From the human T2T-CHM13v2.0 reference genome, Homo sapiens: DNA of 64,000 nucleotides. The translations under genes and the position numbers were made by a program. This document shows, in pieces, positions 23,501 through 40,400 of this stretch. The notes beneath the pieces were generated by a model. It saw nothing but the letters and a program-made list of their open reading frames with translations. It ran no database searches and was not told where the DNA came from. Location of the stretch: assembly GCF_009914755.1 (NCBI RefSeq), contig NC_060935.1, one strand, 5' to 3'. The first letter of the stretch is position 1, and each line of letters opens with the position of its first letter.

Positions 23501-26500
23501 TTAGAAAGAAGCTGTCTGTGAAAGCCCTTTGTGATGTGAGCTTTCATCTCACAACGTTAAACCTTTCTTTTGATTCAGCAGTCTGGGAACGCTACTTTTG
23601 TAGAATCTGCGTTAAGGACATTAGGGAGCACATTAAGGCCTAACATAGAAAACTGAATATCTTCAGGCAAAAACTTGAAAGAAGCTATATGAAAAAGTGC
23701 TTTGTGATGTCTACATTCATCTCACCAAGTTAAACCTTTCTTTTCATTCATCAGTTTAGGCAACTCTGTTTTTGTAAAATCTGCAAATTACATTTGGGGG
23801 TGCATTGAGGCCTATGGTGAAAAACCAAATATCTTCAGATAAATACTAGAAAGAAGATATCTGAGAAACTGCTTTGTGATGTGTGGATTCATCTCACAGA
23901 GTTAAACCTTTCTTTTGTTTCAGCAGTTTGGAAACACTCTTTTTGTAGAATCTGTGAAAGGACGTTTAGGAGTGCACTGAGGCCTATGGTGAAAAAGCAA
24001 ATATCTTCAGATAAAAACTTGAAAGAAGCTATCTGAGAAACTGCTTTGTGAAGTGTGCATTCATCTCAAAGAGTTAAACCTTTCTTTTGATTCATCAGTT
24101 TGGAAACCCTGTTTTTGTAAAATCTATGAAAGAACATTTGGGAGTGCTTTGAGGCCTTGGGCAAAAAAGCAAAAATTTCCAGATAAAAACAATAAAGAAG
24201 CTGAGAAACTGCTTTATGATGTGTGGATTCATGTCACAGAGTTAAACCTCTTTTTATTCAGCAGTTTGGAAACACTGATTTTGTGGAATCTGCAAAAGGA
24301 CGTTTAGGAGCGCCTTAAGGCCTATGGTGAAAAAGTGAATATTTCCATATAAAAATGAGAAAGAGGTTATTTGTGAAACTGCTTTGTGATGTGTGCATTC
24401 ATATCACAGAGGTAAACCTTTCTTTTGACTCAGCAGTTTGGAAACACTGTTTTTGTACGATCCTAGAAAGGACATTTGGGAACACATTGAAGCCTATGGT
24501 GAAAAAGAGAATATCCCTAGATGAAAACAAGAAATAAGATATCTGAGAAACTGCCTTGAGATGTGTGGATTAATCTCACAGAGTTAAACCTTACTTTTGA
24601 TTCAGCAGTGGAACCACAGTTTTTGTACAATCCTAGAAAGGACATTTGGGAGCACATTGAGGACTATGGTGAAAAAGCAAATATCCACAGATGAAAACCA
24701 GAAAGAAGCTATTGGAGAAAATGTTGTGTGATGCGTGCATTAATCTCACAGATTTAAACCTTTCTTTTGATTCAGCAGTTTGGAAACAGTGTTTTTGTAG
24801 AATCTGTGAATTGACATTTGGGAGCTCATTGTGACCAATGACGTAAAAGCAAATATTTCCAGACGAATCTAGAAAGAAGCTATCTTAGAAACAGCTTTGT
24901 GATGTGTGCATTCATCTCATGGAAGTAAAATTTTGTTTTGATTCAGCACTTTGGAAACACTGCTTTTGTAGAATCTGTGAAAGTACATTATGGAGCTCAT
25001 TGAGGCCTTGATGAAAAAGCAAATATCTTCAGATAAAAGCTTGAAAAATGGTATCTGAGAGGCTGCTCTGTGATGTATGCATTCATCTCACAGAGTTAAA
25101 CCTTTCTTTTGATTCAACAGTTTGGAAACACTGTTTTGGTAGAATCTGTGAAAGGATATTTTGGATTGCATTGAGGCCTAGGGTGGAAAAGTAAATATTT
25201 CCAGAAAAAAAGCTTGAAAGAAGCTATCTGTGAAACTGCTTTGTGTAGTGTGCATTTATCTCGCAGAGGTAAATATTTCCTTTGACTCAGAAGTTTGGAA
25301 ACACAGTTTTTGTAGAATGCTAGAAAGGACATTTGGGAGTACATTGAGGCCTATAATGAAAAAGCAATTATTCCAAGATGAAAATTAGAAAGAACCTATC
25401 TGAGAAACTGCTTTGTGATATGTGGATTCTCCTCACACAGTTAAACATTTCTTTTGATTCAGCAGTTTGGAAACACATTTTTATATAATATGTGAAAAGA
25501 CATTTGGGAGTGCATTGAGGCGTATGGTGAAAAAGCAAATATCTTCAAATAAAAACTTGAATGAAGGTATCTGAGAAACTGCTTTGTGATGTGTTCATTC
25601 ATCTCAGAGTGTTAAAACTTTCTTCTGATTCAGCAGTTTTGAAATATCGTTTTTGCATAATATGTGAAGGGACAATTTGGAGCTCACCGAGGCCAATAGT
25701 TTAAAAGCAAATATTTCCAGATAAAAATTAGAAAGAAGCTATCTGAGATACTGCTTTGTGATGTGTGCATTCACCCCATGGAGTTAAACTTTTATTTTGA
25801 TTCAGCACTTTGGAAATACTGTTTTTGTAGAATCTGCATAAGGACATTAGGGAGTGCATTGAGGCCTAAGGTGAAAGAGCAAATATCTTCAGATAAAAGC
25901 TTGAGAGAAGTTATCTCAGAAACTATTGTGTGATGTGTGCATTTGTCTTATAAAGTTAAACCTTTGTTTTGATTCAACAGTTTGGAACCACTGTTTTTGT
26001 AGAATCTGTGAAAGTACATTTGGGAGTGCTTTGAGGCCTATGGTGAAAAAGTGAATATCCCCAGATGAAAACCAGAAAGAAGCTATATGAGAAACTGCTT
26101 CCTAATGTGTGTACAAAAAAACACTATTTTTGTACAACCCTAGACAGGACATTTGGGATTGCATTGAGGTCTATGGTGAAAAAATTAATATCCCCACAAG
26201 GAAATTAGGAAGAAGCTATCTGAGAAACTGCTTTGTGACCTGTAGATTTACCTCATAGAGTCAAACCTTACCTTTCATTCGTCAGTTTGGAAATACAGTA
26301 TTTGTATAATTTGTGAAAGGACATTTGGGAGTGCATTGAGGCCTATGCTCTAAAAGCAAATATCTTCAGATAAAACCTTAAAAGAAGTTATCTCAGAAAC
26401 TGTTTTGTGATGGGTACATTCATCTCACAGAGTTAAAAATTTCTTTTGATTCTACAGTTTCTTCAGATACAAAGCCAATATCTTCAGATAAAAGCTGGAA

Positions 26501-29500
26501 AGAAGCTATCTGAGAAACTGCTTTGAGATGTGTGCATTCATCTTACAGAGTTAAACCTTTCTTTTGATTCAGCAGATTGGAAACCCTGTTTTTGTACAAT
26601 CTAAGAAAGAACATTACGGAGCACATTGAGGCCTATGGTGAAAAATGGAACAACCCCAGATGAAAACTAGAAAGAAGCTATCTGAGAAACTGCTTTGGGA
26701 TGTGTGCATTCATCTCACAGAGTTAAACCCTTCTTTTGATTCAACAGTTTGGAAACACTAATTTTGCAGAATCTGCAAAGAGACATTTGGGAACTCAATG
26801 CGGCCAATGGTGAAAAAAGCAAATTTTTCATGATAAAATCTAGAAAGAAGCTATCTGAGAAAATTCCTTGTCATGTGTGCATTCATCTCACAGAGTTACA
26901 TGTTTGCTTTGATTCAGCACTTTGGAAACACTGCTTTTGTAGTATCTGCATAATGATATTGGGGAGTGCATTGAGGCCTATGGTGAAAAAGCAAATATCT
27001 TGAGATAATAGCTGGTAAGAAGCAATCTGAGAACTGCCATGTGATGTGTGCATTCATGTCACAGAGTTAAACCTTTCTGTTGATTCAGCAATTTGGAAAC
27101 ACTGTTTTTGGAGAATCTGTGAAAGGACATTTAGGAGTGCATTGAGACTATGGTGAAAAACCAAATATCTTCAGATAAAAACTTGAAAGAAGCTATCTGA
27201 GAAACTGCTTTGTGATGTGTGCATTTGTCTCACAGAGGTAAACCTTTCTTTTGATTCGGCAGTTTTGAAACACTGTTTTTGCAAGATCTGTGAAAGGACA
27301 TTATGAAGCACATTGAAGCTAACAGTGAAAAAGTGAATATTTCCAGATAAAAAGTAGAAAGAAGGTATCTGAGAAAATGCTTTCTGATGTGTGCTTTCTC
27401 CCACGGAGTTAAACATTTGTTTTCATTCAACATTTTGGAAGCACTGTTTTGTAGAATCTGCATAAGGACATAAGATAGCTTATGGAGGCCTATGGTGAAA
27501 AAGCATATATCTACAGATAAAAGCTTGAAAGAAGCTATCTGAGAAGCTGCTATGTGATGTGTGTGTTCATCTCACAGAGTTTAACCTTACTTTTGAGTCA
27601 GAAGTTTGGAACAATTGTTTTTGTAAAATCTGTGAATTGACATTTGGGAGTATATTGAGGCATATGGTGAAAAAGAAAATATCTTCAGGTAAAAACTAGA
27701 AGGAAGCTTTCTGATAAAGTGCTTTGTGATGTGTGGATTCATCTCACAGAGTTAAAGCTTTATGTTGATTCAGCAGACTGGAAACACAGTTTTTGTACAA
27801 TCATCAAAAGGACATTTTGGTGCATATTGATTCCTATGGTGAAATAGTAAATGTCTTCAGATAAAAACTTGAAAGGAGCTATCTGAGAAATTGCTTTGTG
27901 TTGTGTGGTTTCATCTCACAGAATTAAATCTTTGCTTAGATTCAGCAGTTTGGAAACATCATTTTTGTAGAACCTGTGAAAGGATATTTTGGAGCACATT
28001 GAGGCCTATGGTGAAAAAGAAAATAAATTCAGATAAAAACTTGAAAGAAACCATCAGAAAAACTGCTTTGTGATGTGTGCATTCATGTCACAGAGTTGAA
28101 ACTTTCTTTTGATTCAGCAGTTTGGAAACCATGTTTTGGCATAATCTGCAAAAGGACATTTGGGAGCACATTGAGGCCTAAGGTGAAAAAGTGAATATTT
28201 CCATATAAAAACTAGAAAAAAGCTATCCGTAAAACTGCTTTGTGATGTGTGCATTCATCTCACAGCATTAAACCTCTCTTTTGATACAGTAGTTTGGAAA
28301 TACTGTTTTTGTACAATTCTAGAAAAGACATTTCGGAACACATTGAGGCCTATGGTGAAAAACGAAATGTTTGTGGATGAAAACTAGAAAAAGCTATTTA
28401 AGAAATTGCTTCGTGATGTGTGCATTCATCTCACAGAGTTATATCTTTCTTTTAATTCAGCCGTTTGGAAACACAGTTATTGTATAATCTGTGAATGGAC
28501 ATTTGAAAGTGGCTTGAGGCCTATGGTGAAAAAGCAAATATATTCAGATTAAAAATTAGAAAGAAGGTATCTGAGAAACTACTTCGTGATGTGTGCATTC
28601 ATATCACAGAGTTCAACCATTCTTTTGATTTAGCAGTTTGGAAACACTGTTTCTGCAGAATATGAAAAGGGATATTTCAGATCTCATTGATGGCAATGGT
28701 GAAAAAGTGAATATTTCCAGATAAAAACTTAGAAAGATGCTATCTGAGAAACTGCTTTGTCATGTGGACATTCATCTCATGGAATTAAACTTTTGTTTTG
28801 ATTCAGCACCATGGAAACACAGATTTTGTAGAATTTGCTTAAGGACATTAGGGACCACATTTAGTCCTATTGTGAAAAAAATATCTTCAGATAAAAGCTT
28901 GAAAGAAGCTATCTGAGAAACTACTTTGTGATGTGAGCATTCATCTCACAGAGTTAAAAATATTTTTTGATTCAGAAGTTTGGAAAAACTGCTTTTGACG
29001 TATCTGTGAAAAGTCTTTTGGGAGTGTATTTAGGCCTATGGTGTAAAAGCAAATGTATTCAGATAAAAATTTGAAAGAAACTTCTGAGAAGCTGCTTTGT
29101 GCTGTGTGCATTCATCTCACAGTGTTATCCTTTCTTTTGATTCAGCAGTTTGGAAACACTGTTTTTGCAGAGTCTGTGAAGGGCGATATGGGAACCCATT
29201 GAGGTCAATGGTGAAAAAGTGAATATTTCTAGATAAAAACTAGAAAGAAGCTATCAGATAAAATGCTTTGTGATGTGTGCATTCATCTCATAAACACTTC
29301 TTTTGATTCAGCTGTTTGGAAACATTGTTTCAGAAAGGACATTTGGGAGAACATTGAGGCCTATGGTGAAAAAGCAAACATTTCCATATAAAAACTAGAA
29401 AGAAGCTATGCGAGAAACTACTCTGTGATGTGTTCATTCAACTCACAGAGTTAAACCTTACCTTTCATTCAGCAGTTTGGAAAGAAAGTTTTTGTATAAT

Positions 29501-31188
29501 CTATGAAAGGACGTTTGAAAGCCCATTGAGGCCTTTTGTGAAAAAGCCAATATTTTCAGATAAAACTTTGAAAGAAGCTATCTGAGAAGCTGCTTTGTGA
29601 TGTGCTCATTCATCTCACAGAGTTAAACTTTCCTTTTGTTTCGGCAGTTTGGAAACAATGTTTTTGCAGAATCTGTGAAGGGACATTTGGGAGCTCATTG
29701 AGGCCTTCGGTGAAAAAACAAATACTTCCAGATAAAAACTAGAAAGAAGCAATCTGAGAAATGGCTTTGTGATGTTTTCATTCATCTCATGGAGGTAACT
29801 TTTGTTTTGATTCAGCACTTTGGAAACACTGTTTTTGTAGAATCTGCATGAGGACATTAGGGAACACATTTAGTCCTATGGTGAAAAAGCTAATATCTTC
29901 AGAGAAAAACTTGAAAGAAGCTATCTGAGAAACTTCTTTGTGAAGTTTGCATTCATCTCACAGAGTTAAACGTTTCTTTTGATTCAGCAGTTTGAAAACA
30001 CTTTTTTTTTGTAGAATCTGCAAGAGAATATTTGGGAGTGCATTGAGGCCTAAGGTGAAAAAGTGAGTATTTCCACATGAAAACCATAAAGAAGCTACCT
30101 GAAAAACTGCTTCATGATGTGTGCATTCATCTCACAGAGTTAAACCTTTCTTTTGATTCAGTAGTTTGGAAACACTGTTTAAGTGGAATCCTAGAAAGGA
30201 CATTTGAGAAAGCACTGAGGCCTATGGTGAAAAAGCGAATATCCCCAGATGAAAACTAGCAAGAAGCTATCTGAGAAACTGTTTTGTGATGTGTGGATTT
30301 ATCTCACAGAGTTAAATCTTTCTTTTAATTCAGCAGTTTGGAAACACTGTTTTTGTATAATATATAAAGGACATTTGGGAGCACATTGACTCTTTTGGTG
30401 AAAAAGCTAATATCTTCAGATAAAACCTTGAAAGAAGCTATCTGAGAAACTGCTTTGTGATGTATTCATTCATCTCACAGAGTTAAAACTTCTTTTGATT
30501 CATCAGTTTGGAAACACTATTTTTGTAGAATCTGTGTAATGACATTAAGGAACGCATTGAGGCCTATTGTGAAAAAGCTAATATCTTCAGATAAAAACTT
30601 CAAAGAGACGAGACTATCTGAGAAACTGCCTTTTGATGTGTTCACTCACCTAACAGAGTTAAACCTTTCTTTTGATTCAGCAGTTTGGAAACACTGTTTT
30701 TGAAGAATCTGCAAAAGAACATTTGGGAGCTAATTGAGGTCAATGGTGAAAAAGGAAATATCCACAGAAAAAAAACAAGAAAGAAGCTGTCTGTGAAACT
30801 AATTTGTGATGTGTGGATTCATCTCACAGGGTTAAAAATATCTTTTCATTCGGCAGTTTGGAAACACTGTTTCTGTTAAATTTGCAAAAGGACAGTTGGG
30901 AGCTCATTGAAGTCAATGGTGAAAAAGCGAATATCCCCAGAGCAAAACTAGAAGGAAGCTATCTGAGGAACTGCTTTGTGATGTGTGCATTCATCTCACT
31001 GACTTACATCTTTCTTTTGATTCAGCAGTTTGGAAACACTGTTTTTGAAGTATCTGTGAAAGGACATTTTGGAGCTCATTGAGGCCTATGATAAAGAAGC
31101 TAATATCTCCAGATAAATATTAGAGAGAAGCTCTCTGTGAAACTGTGTTTTGTGATGTGCAGATTCATCTGACAGAGTTAATCCTATC

Positions 31189-32203
31189 TGTTGCAGGAAT
31201 TCAGGGACCCAGAAAGGAAAGACTAGCTGAAGCTGTTGCTGTGGGATATAAATTTTGAAGATCTCATTTTTAATATGGACATTTATCAGTTCCCAAATAA
31301 TACTTTTATACTTTCTTTTGCCTGTCTTTATTCTAATGTCTTAATCCTGTTATGTTCATTAGCTGAGTATGTATGCCACATCAGGACCACTGTGATAATT
31401 GTGTTAACTGTACAAATTGATTGTAAAACGTGTGATTGAACAATATGAAATCAGTGCACCTTGTAAAAGAACAAAATAACAGCTATTTTTAGGAAACAAG
31501 GGAAGACAACCATAAGCTCTGACTGCCTGCGCGGTTGGGCAAAAGAGCCATATTTTTCTTACTGCAGAGAGCCTATAAATGGACATCCAAGTAGGGAAGA
31601 TATTGCTAAATTCTTTTCCTAGCAAAGAATATTAATATTCATACTCAGAAAGGAATGCATTCCTGGGGGGAGGTCTATAAACGGCTGCTCTGGGAATGTC
31701 TCTCCTATGGGCTTGAGATAAGGACTGAGATATGCCCTGATATCCTGTAGTGCCCTCAGGCTTATTAGGGTGGGGAAAAACTCTGCCCTGGTAAATTTGT
31801 GGTCAGACTGGTTCTCTGCTCTCAAACCCTGTTTTCTGTTGTTTAAGATGTTTATGAAGACTATACATACACTGCTGAACATAGACCATTATCAGGAGTT
31901 CTACTTTTGCCCTTTGTCCTGTTTATTCAGAAGCATGTGATCTTTGTTCTACTTTTTGCCCTTTGAAGCATGGGACCTACTCCCTGTTCTTACACCCCCT
32001 CCCCTTTTGAAACCCTTAATAAAAAACTTGCTGGTTTGAGGTTCAGGTGGGTATCACAGTCCTTCCATTATGTGCTGTCACCCTCGGCAACCCAGCTGTA
32101 AAATTCCTCTCATTGTATCCTTTCTCTTTATTTCTCAGCTGGCCAACACTTATGGCAAATAGAAAGAACCTACATTGAAATATTGTGGGTGGGTTCCCCA
32201 ATA
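31189..32203 (+). mobile_element. MER11 (HERV-K11/HML-8) solo LTR
   Basis: Starts TGTTGCAGGAATTCAGGGACCC, ends GGTTCCCCAATA. TATAAA motifs and AATAAA at ~32018. Perfect 6-bp TSD CCTATC (31183-31188, 32204-32209); the alphoid monomer resumes in phase. Confidence 0.88.
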
Positions 32204-33984
32204 CCTATCTTTTGATTTAGCAGTTTGGAAACATTGTTTTTGTAGAATCCACTGAGAGATATTTCCTAGGTCATTCAGGTCAATGGTGAAAAAGTGAATA
32301 TCCCCAGATAAAAACTGGAAGGAAGCTATCTGATAAACTGCTCATTATGTGTGTATTCTACTCACAGTGTTAAAAATATGTTTTCATTCAGCTTTCTGGA
32401 AACACTGTTTTTGAAGAATCTGCAAAAGGACATTTGGGAGCTCATTGAGGCCAAAGGTGATGAAGGGAATATCTCCAGATAAAAAGAAGAAAGAAACTGT
32501 CTGTAAAACTGCTTTGTGATGTGTGAATTCATCTCACAGAGTTAAACCTATGTTTTGATTCAGCAGTTTGGAAACACTGTTTTTGTAGAATCTGCAAAAG
32601 AACAGTTGGGAGCTAATTGAGGCCATTGTTGAAAAAGTAAATATGCCCAGATAAAAACTAGAAAGAAGTTGTGTGAGAAACAGCTTTGTTATTTATGCAT
32701 TCGGCTCACACCTTTAAATCTATGTTTTGATTCAGCAGTTGGAAACACTGTTCTTGTAGAATCTGAGAAAGGATATTTGGGAGCTCATTCAGGCCTATGG
32801 TGAAAATGTTAATATCTCAACTTAAAAGCTAGAAAGAAGCTATCTGAGAAACTGCTTTGTGATGTTTTCATTCATCTCACAGATTTAAACATGTCTTTTG
32901 GTTCAGTGGTTTGGAAACCGTTTTTGTAGAATCTGGTAAGAGACATTTGGGAGCTCATTGAGGCCTATGGTGAATAAGAGAATATCTCCAGAAAGAAACT
33001 AAAGACAAGCTCAGTGAAAAACTCCTTTGTGATGTGTTCAGTCGTCTCACAGAGCTAAGCCTGTCTTTTGATTCAGCAGTTTGGAAACACTGTTTTTGTG
33101 CAATAGGTGAAAGGACATTTGGCAACTCATTGAGGCCAAAGGTGAAAAAGCCAATATCCCCAGATAAAAACTAGAGATGCTATGTAAGAAACTGCTTTGT
33201 TATGAGTGCATTCATTTAACTGAGTTACACCTATGTTTTGATTCAGCGTTTTGGAAACTCTGTATTTGTAGAAACTACAAAAAGACATTTGGGAGCTCAT
33301 TGAGGCCAATGGTGAAAAAAACAATATCCCCAGATATAAACTAGAAAGAAGTGATGTGAGAACTGATTTGTTATGTTTGCATTGAGCTATCACAGATAAA
33401 TCTGTGTTTTTATTCAGCACATTGGAAAATCTGTTTTTGTAGAATCTGCTAAAAGACATTTGAAGCACATTGAGGTTTATGGTGAAAAAGCAAATATCTC
33501 TAGTTAAAAACTAGAAAGATGCAATCTGAGAAACTGCTTTGTGATGTGCAGAGTCATCTCTTAGAGATAAACCTTTCTTTGGATTAGGAAGCTTGGAAAT
33601 GCCATTTTTATGGAATGTGCAAAACGACATTTGGTAACACGTTGAGGCCAATGATGAAAAAGCGACTATCTCCAGAGAAAAACAAGAAGGAAGCTGTCTG
33701 AGAAACTGCTTGGTGATGTGTGCATTCATCTCACAGAGGTAAATCCTTCTTTTGATTCAGCAGATTGGAAACACTGTCTTCGTAGAATATGCGAAAGGAT
33801 ATTGGGGAATGCTTTGAGGCTTATGGTGGAAAAGCAAATATCTTCAGATAAAAACTTGACAGAAGCTATTTGAGAAACTGCTTTGTTACATGTGCATTCA
33901 TCTCACAGTGTTAAACCTTTCTTTTGGTTTGGCAGTTTGGAAACACTGCTTTTAAAGTATCTGCAAAAGGACATTTGGGAGCTC

Positions 33985-37431
<3,447 letters not shown>

Positions 37432-40400
37432 TCCATGTTTTGATGCAGCAGTTTGGAAACTTTGTTTTTGTAGAATCTGCTAAGAGGCAGTTGGGAGTTC
37501 ATTGAAGGCTGTGGTAAAAAAGTGAATATCTCCAGTTGAAAACTGGAAAGAAGCTATCTGAGAAACTGCTTTGTGATGTGTGCTTTCATTTGGTGGCACA
37601 TGAAAGTCTATGGTGAAAAAACAAATATTTCCATATAAAAACTAAAAGAAAGCTATCTGTGAAACTGCTTTGTGAAGTGTGTGTTCATCTTACAGAGTAA
37701 AATCTTTGTTTTGATTCAGCACTTTGGAAACACTGTTTTTGTACAATCCTAGAAAGGACATTTGGGAGTGCATTGAGAGCTATGGTGAAAAATCAAATAT
37801 CTCCAGATGCAAACTAGGAAGAAACTATAAGAGAAACTGCTTTGTGATGTGTGCATTCACCTAATAGATTAGGACATTTATTTTGATTCAGCAGTTTGGA
37901 AACACTGTCTTTGTAGAATCTGCATAAGGACATTAGGGAGTGCATTGAGGCTTATGGTGAAACAGAAAATATCTTCAGACAAAAACTTGAAGGAGGCTAC
38001 CTGAGAAACAGCTTTGTGATGTGTGGTTTCATCTCCCAGTGTTAAAACTTTCTTTTGATTCAGCAGTTTGAAAACACTGTTTTTGATGAAAATGCAAAAG
38101 GACATTTGGGAGCTAATTGAGGCAAATGTTGAAAAAGTGAGTATTCCCAGATTAAAAACTAGAAAGAATGTATGTGAGAAACAGCTTTGTTATGTGTGCA
38201 TTCAGCTCACAGAGTTAAATCTATGTTTTGATCCAGCAGTTTAGAAACACAGTTTTTGTATAATCTGCGAAAGAACATTTGAGAGTACACTGAGGCCTTT
38301 GGCAAAAAGCATAAATTTTCTGATAAAAATTTGAAAGAATCTATCTGAGGAACTGAGTGATGTGTTCACTCAGTTGACAGAGTTAAAACTGTCTTTTAAT
38401 TCAGCAGTTTTGAAACACTGTTTTTGCAGAATCTGTGATGTGACATTTGGGAGGTCATTGAGACCAATGGTGAAAAAGTGAATATTTCCAGATAAAAACT
38501 AGAAAGAAGCTGTCTGAGAAACTGATATGTGATGTATGCATTCATCTCATGGAGTTAAACATTTGTTTTGGCTAAGCATTTTGGAAACACTGTTTTTGTA
38601 GGATCTGTGTAAGGACATTAGTTGGCGCCTTGAGACCTATGGTGAAAAATAAAATATCTTAAGATAAAAGCCTGAAACTAGCTATCTGAGAAACTGCTTT
38701 GTGAAGTGTGCATTCATCTCACAGAGTTAAACTTTTCTTTTGATTCAGTAGTTTGGAAACAAACTGTTTTTGTAGAACCTGCAAAAAAATTTTGTAGTGT
38801 TTTGAGCCCCATGGTGAAAAAGCAAATATCTTCAGGTAAAAATTTGAAAGAGGCTATCTGAGAAACTGCTTTGTGCTCTGTGGATTAGTCTCAAAGTTAA
38901 ACCTTTCTTTTGATTCAGCAGTTTGAAAACACCATTTTTGCAAAATCTGCAAAAGGACATTTGGGAGCACATTGAGGCCTATGGAGAAAAAGGAAAAATC
39001 TTCAGATAAAAACTTAAAAAAAGCTATCTGAGAAACTGCTTTGTGATGTGTTCATTCATCTCACAGAGTTAAACCTTTCTTTTGATTCAGCAGTTTGCAA
39101 ACACTGTTTTTGCTGTATCTTCAAAGGGACATTTGGGAGCTCATTGAGGCCAATGGCAAAAAAGTGAATATTTCCAGATAAAAACTAGAAAGAAGCTATC
39201 TGAGAAACTGCTTTGTGATGTGTGCATTCATCTAACAGAGGTAAATCTTTCTTTTGATTCAGCAGGTTGGAAGCACTGCTTTTTAGAATCAGCCAAAGGA
39301 CATTTGGGAGCACATTGAGGCCTAAAGTGTAAAACTGAATATCCCCAGATTAAAACTAGAAAGAAGCTATCTGAGAAACTGCTTTGTAATGTGTGCATTT
39401 ATCTCACAGAGTTAAACCTATTTTTTGATTCAATAGTTTGGAAACACTGTTTTTGCAGAATCTGCAAAGGGACACTTGGGAGCTCATTGAGGTCAACGGT
39501 GAAAAAGGGATAATTTACAGATAAAGAGTATGAAGAAACTATCAGAGAAACTGCTTTGTAATGTGTGCATTCATCTCACAGAGTTAAACCTTTGTTTTGA
39601 TTCAGTACTTTGGAAACACTGTTTTTGTAGAATCTGCATAAGGACATTAGGGAGCGGTTTGAGTCCTGTGGTGAAAAAGAAAATATCTTCAGATAAACAC
39701 TTCAAAGAAGTCGTCTGAGAAACTGCTTTGGGTTGCTTGCATTCATCTCACAGAGATAAACCTTTCTTTTGATTCAGCAATTTGGATACACTTTTTTTGT
39801 AAAATCTGTGAAAGGACATTTGGGAGAGCATTGCGACCTATGGTGAAAAAGTGAATATTTCCATATAAAAACTAGAAAGAAGCTATCTGAGAAACTGCTT
39901 TGTGATGTTTGCATTCATCTCACAGAGTTAAACCTATCGTTTTATTCGGCAGTTTGGAAACACTGTTTATGTAAAATCCTAGAAAGGACATTTGGGACAG
40001 CATCAAGGCCCATGGTGAAAAAGCAAATATCCCCAGATGAAGAGTAGAAATAAGCTATCTGAGAAACTGTTGTGGGATGTGTTCATTCATCTCATAGAGT
40101 TGAACCTTTGTTTTCATTCAGCAGTTTGGAAACACTGTTTTTGCTGTATCTGCGAAGGGATATTAGGGAGCGCATTGAGGCCAATGGTGAAAAAGTGAAT
40201 ATTTCCCGATAAAAACTGGAAAGAAGCTATCTGAGAAACTGCTTTGTGTTGTTTGCATTCATCTCACAGAATTAAACCTATGTTTTGATTAAGCAGTTTG
40301 GAAACACTGCTTTTGAAGAATCTGCAAAAAGACTTTTGGGAGTGCCTTAAGGCCTATGGTGAAAAAGCAAATATCTTCAGATAAAAATTTGAAAGAAGCT

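Noticed and set aside
29700-29725. GGCCTTCGGTGAAAAAACA at the box position, a possible CENP-B box
   Set aside because: It has TTCG but lacks the required CGGG of NTTCGNNNNANNCGGGN; it is a mutated A-type box.
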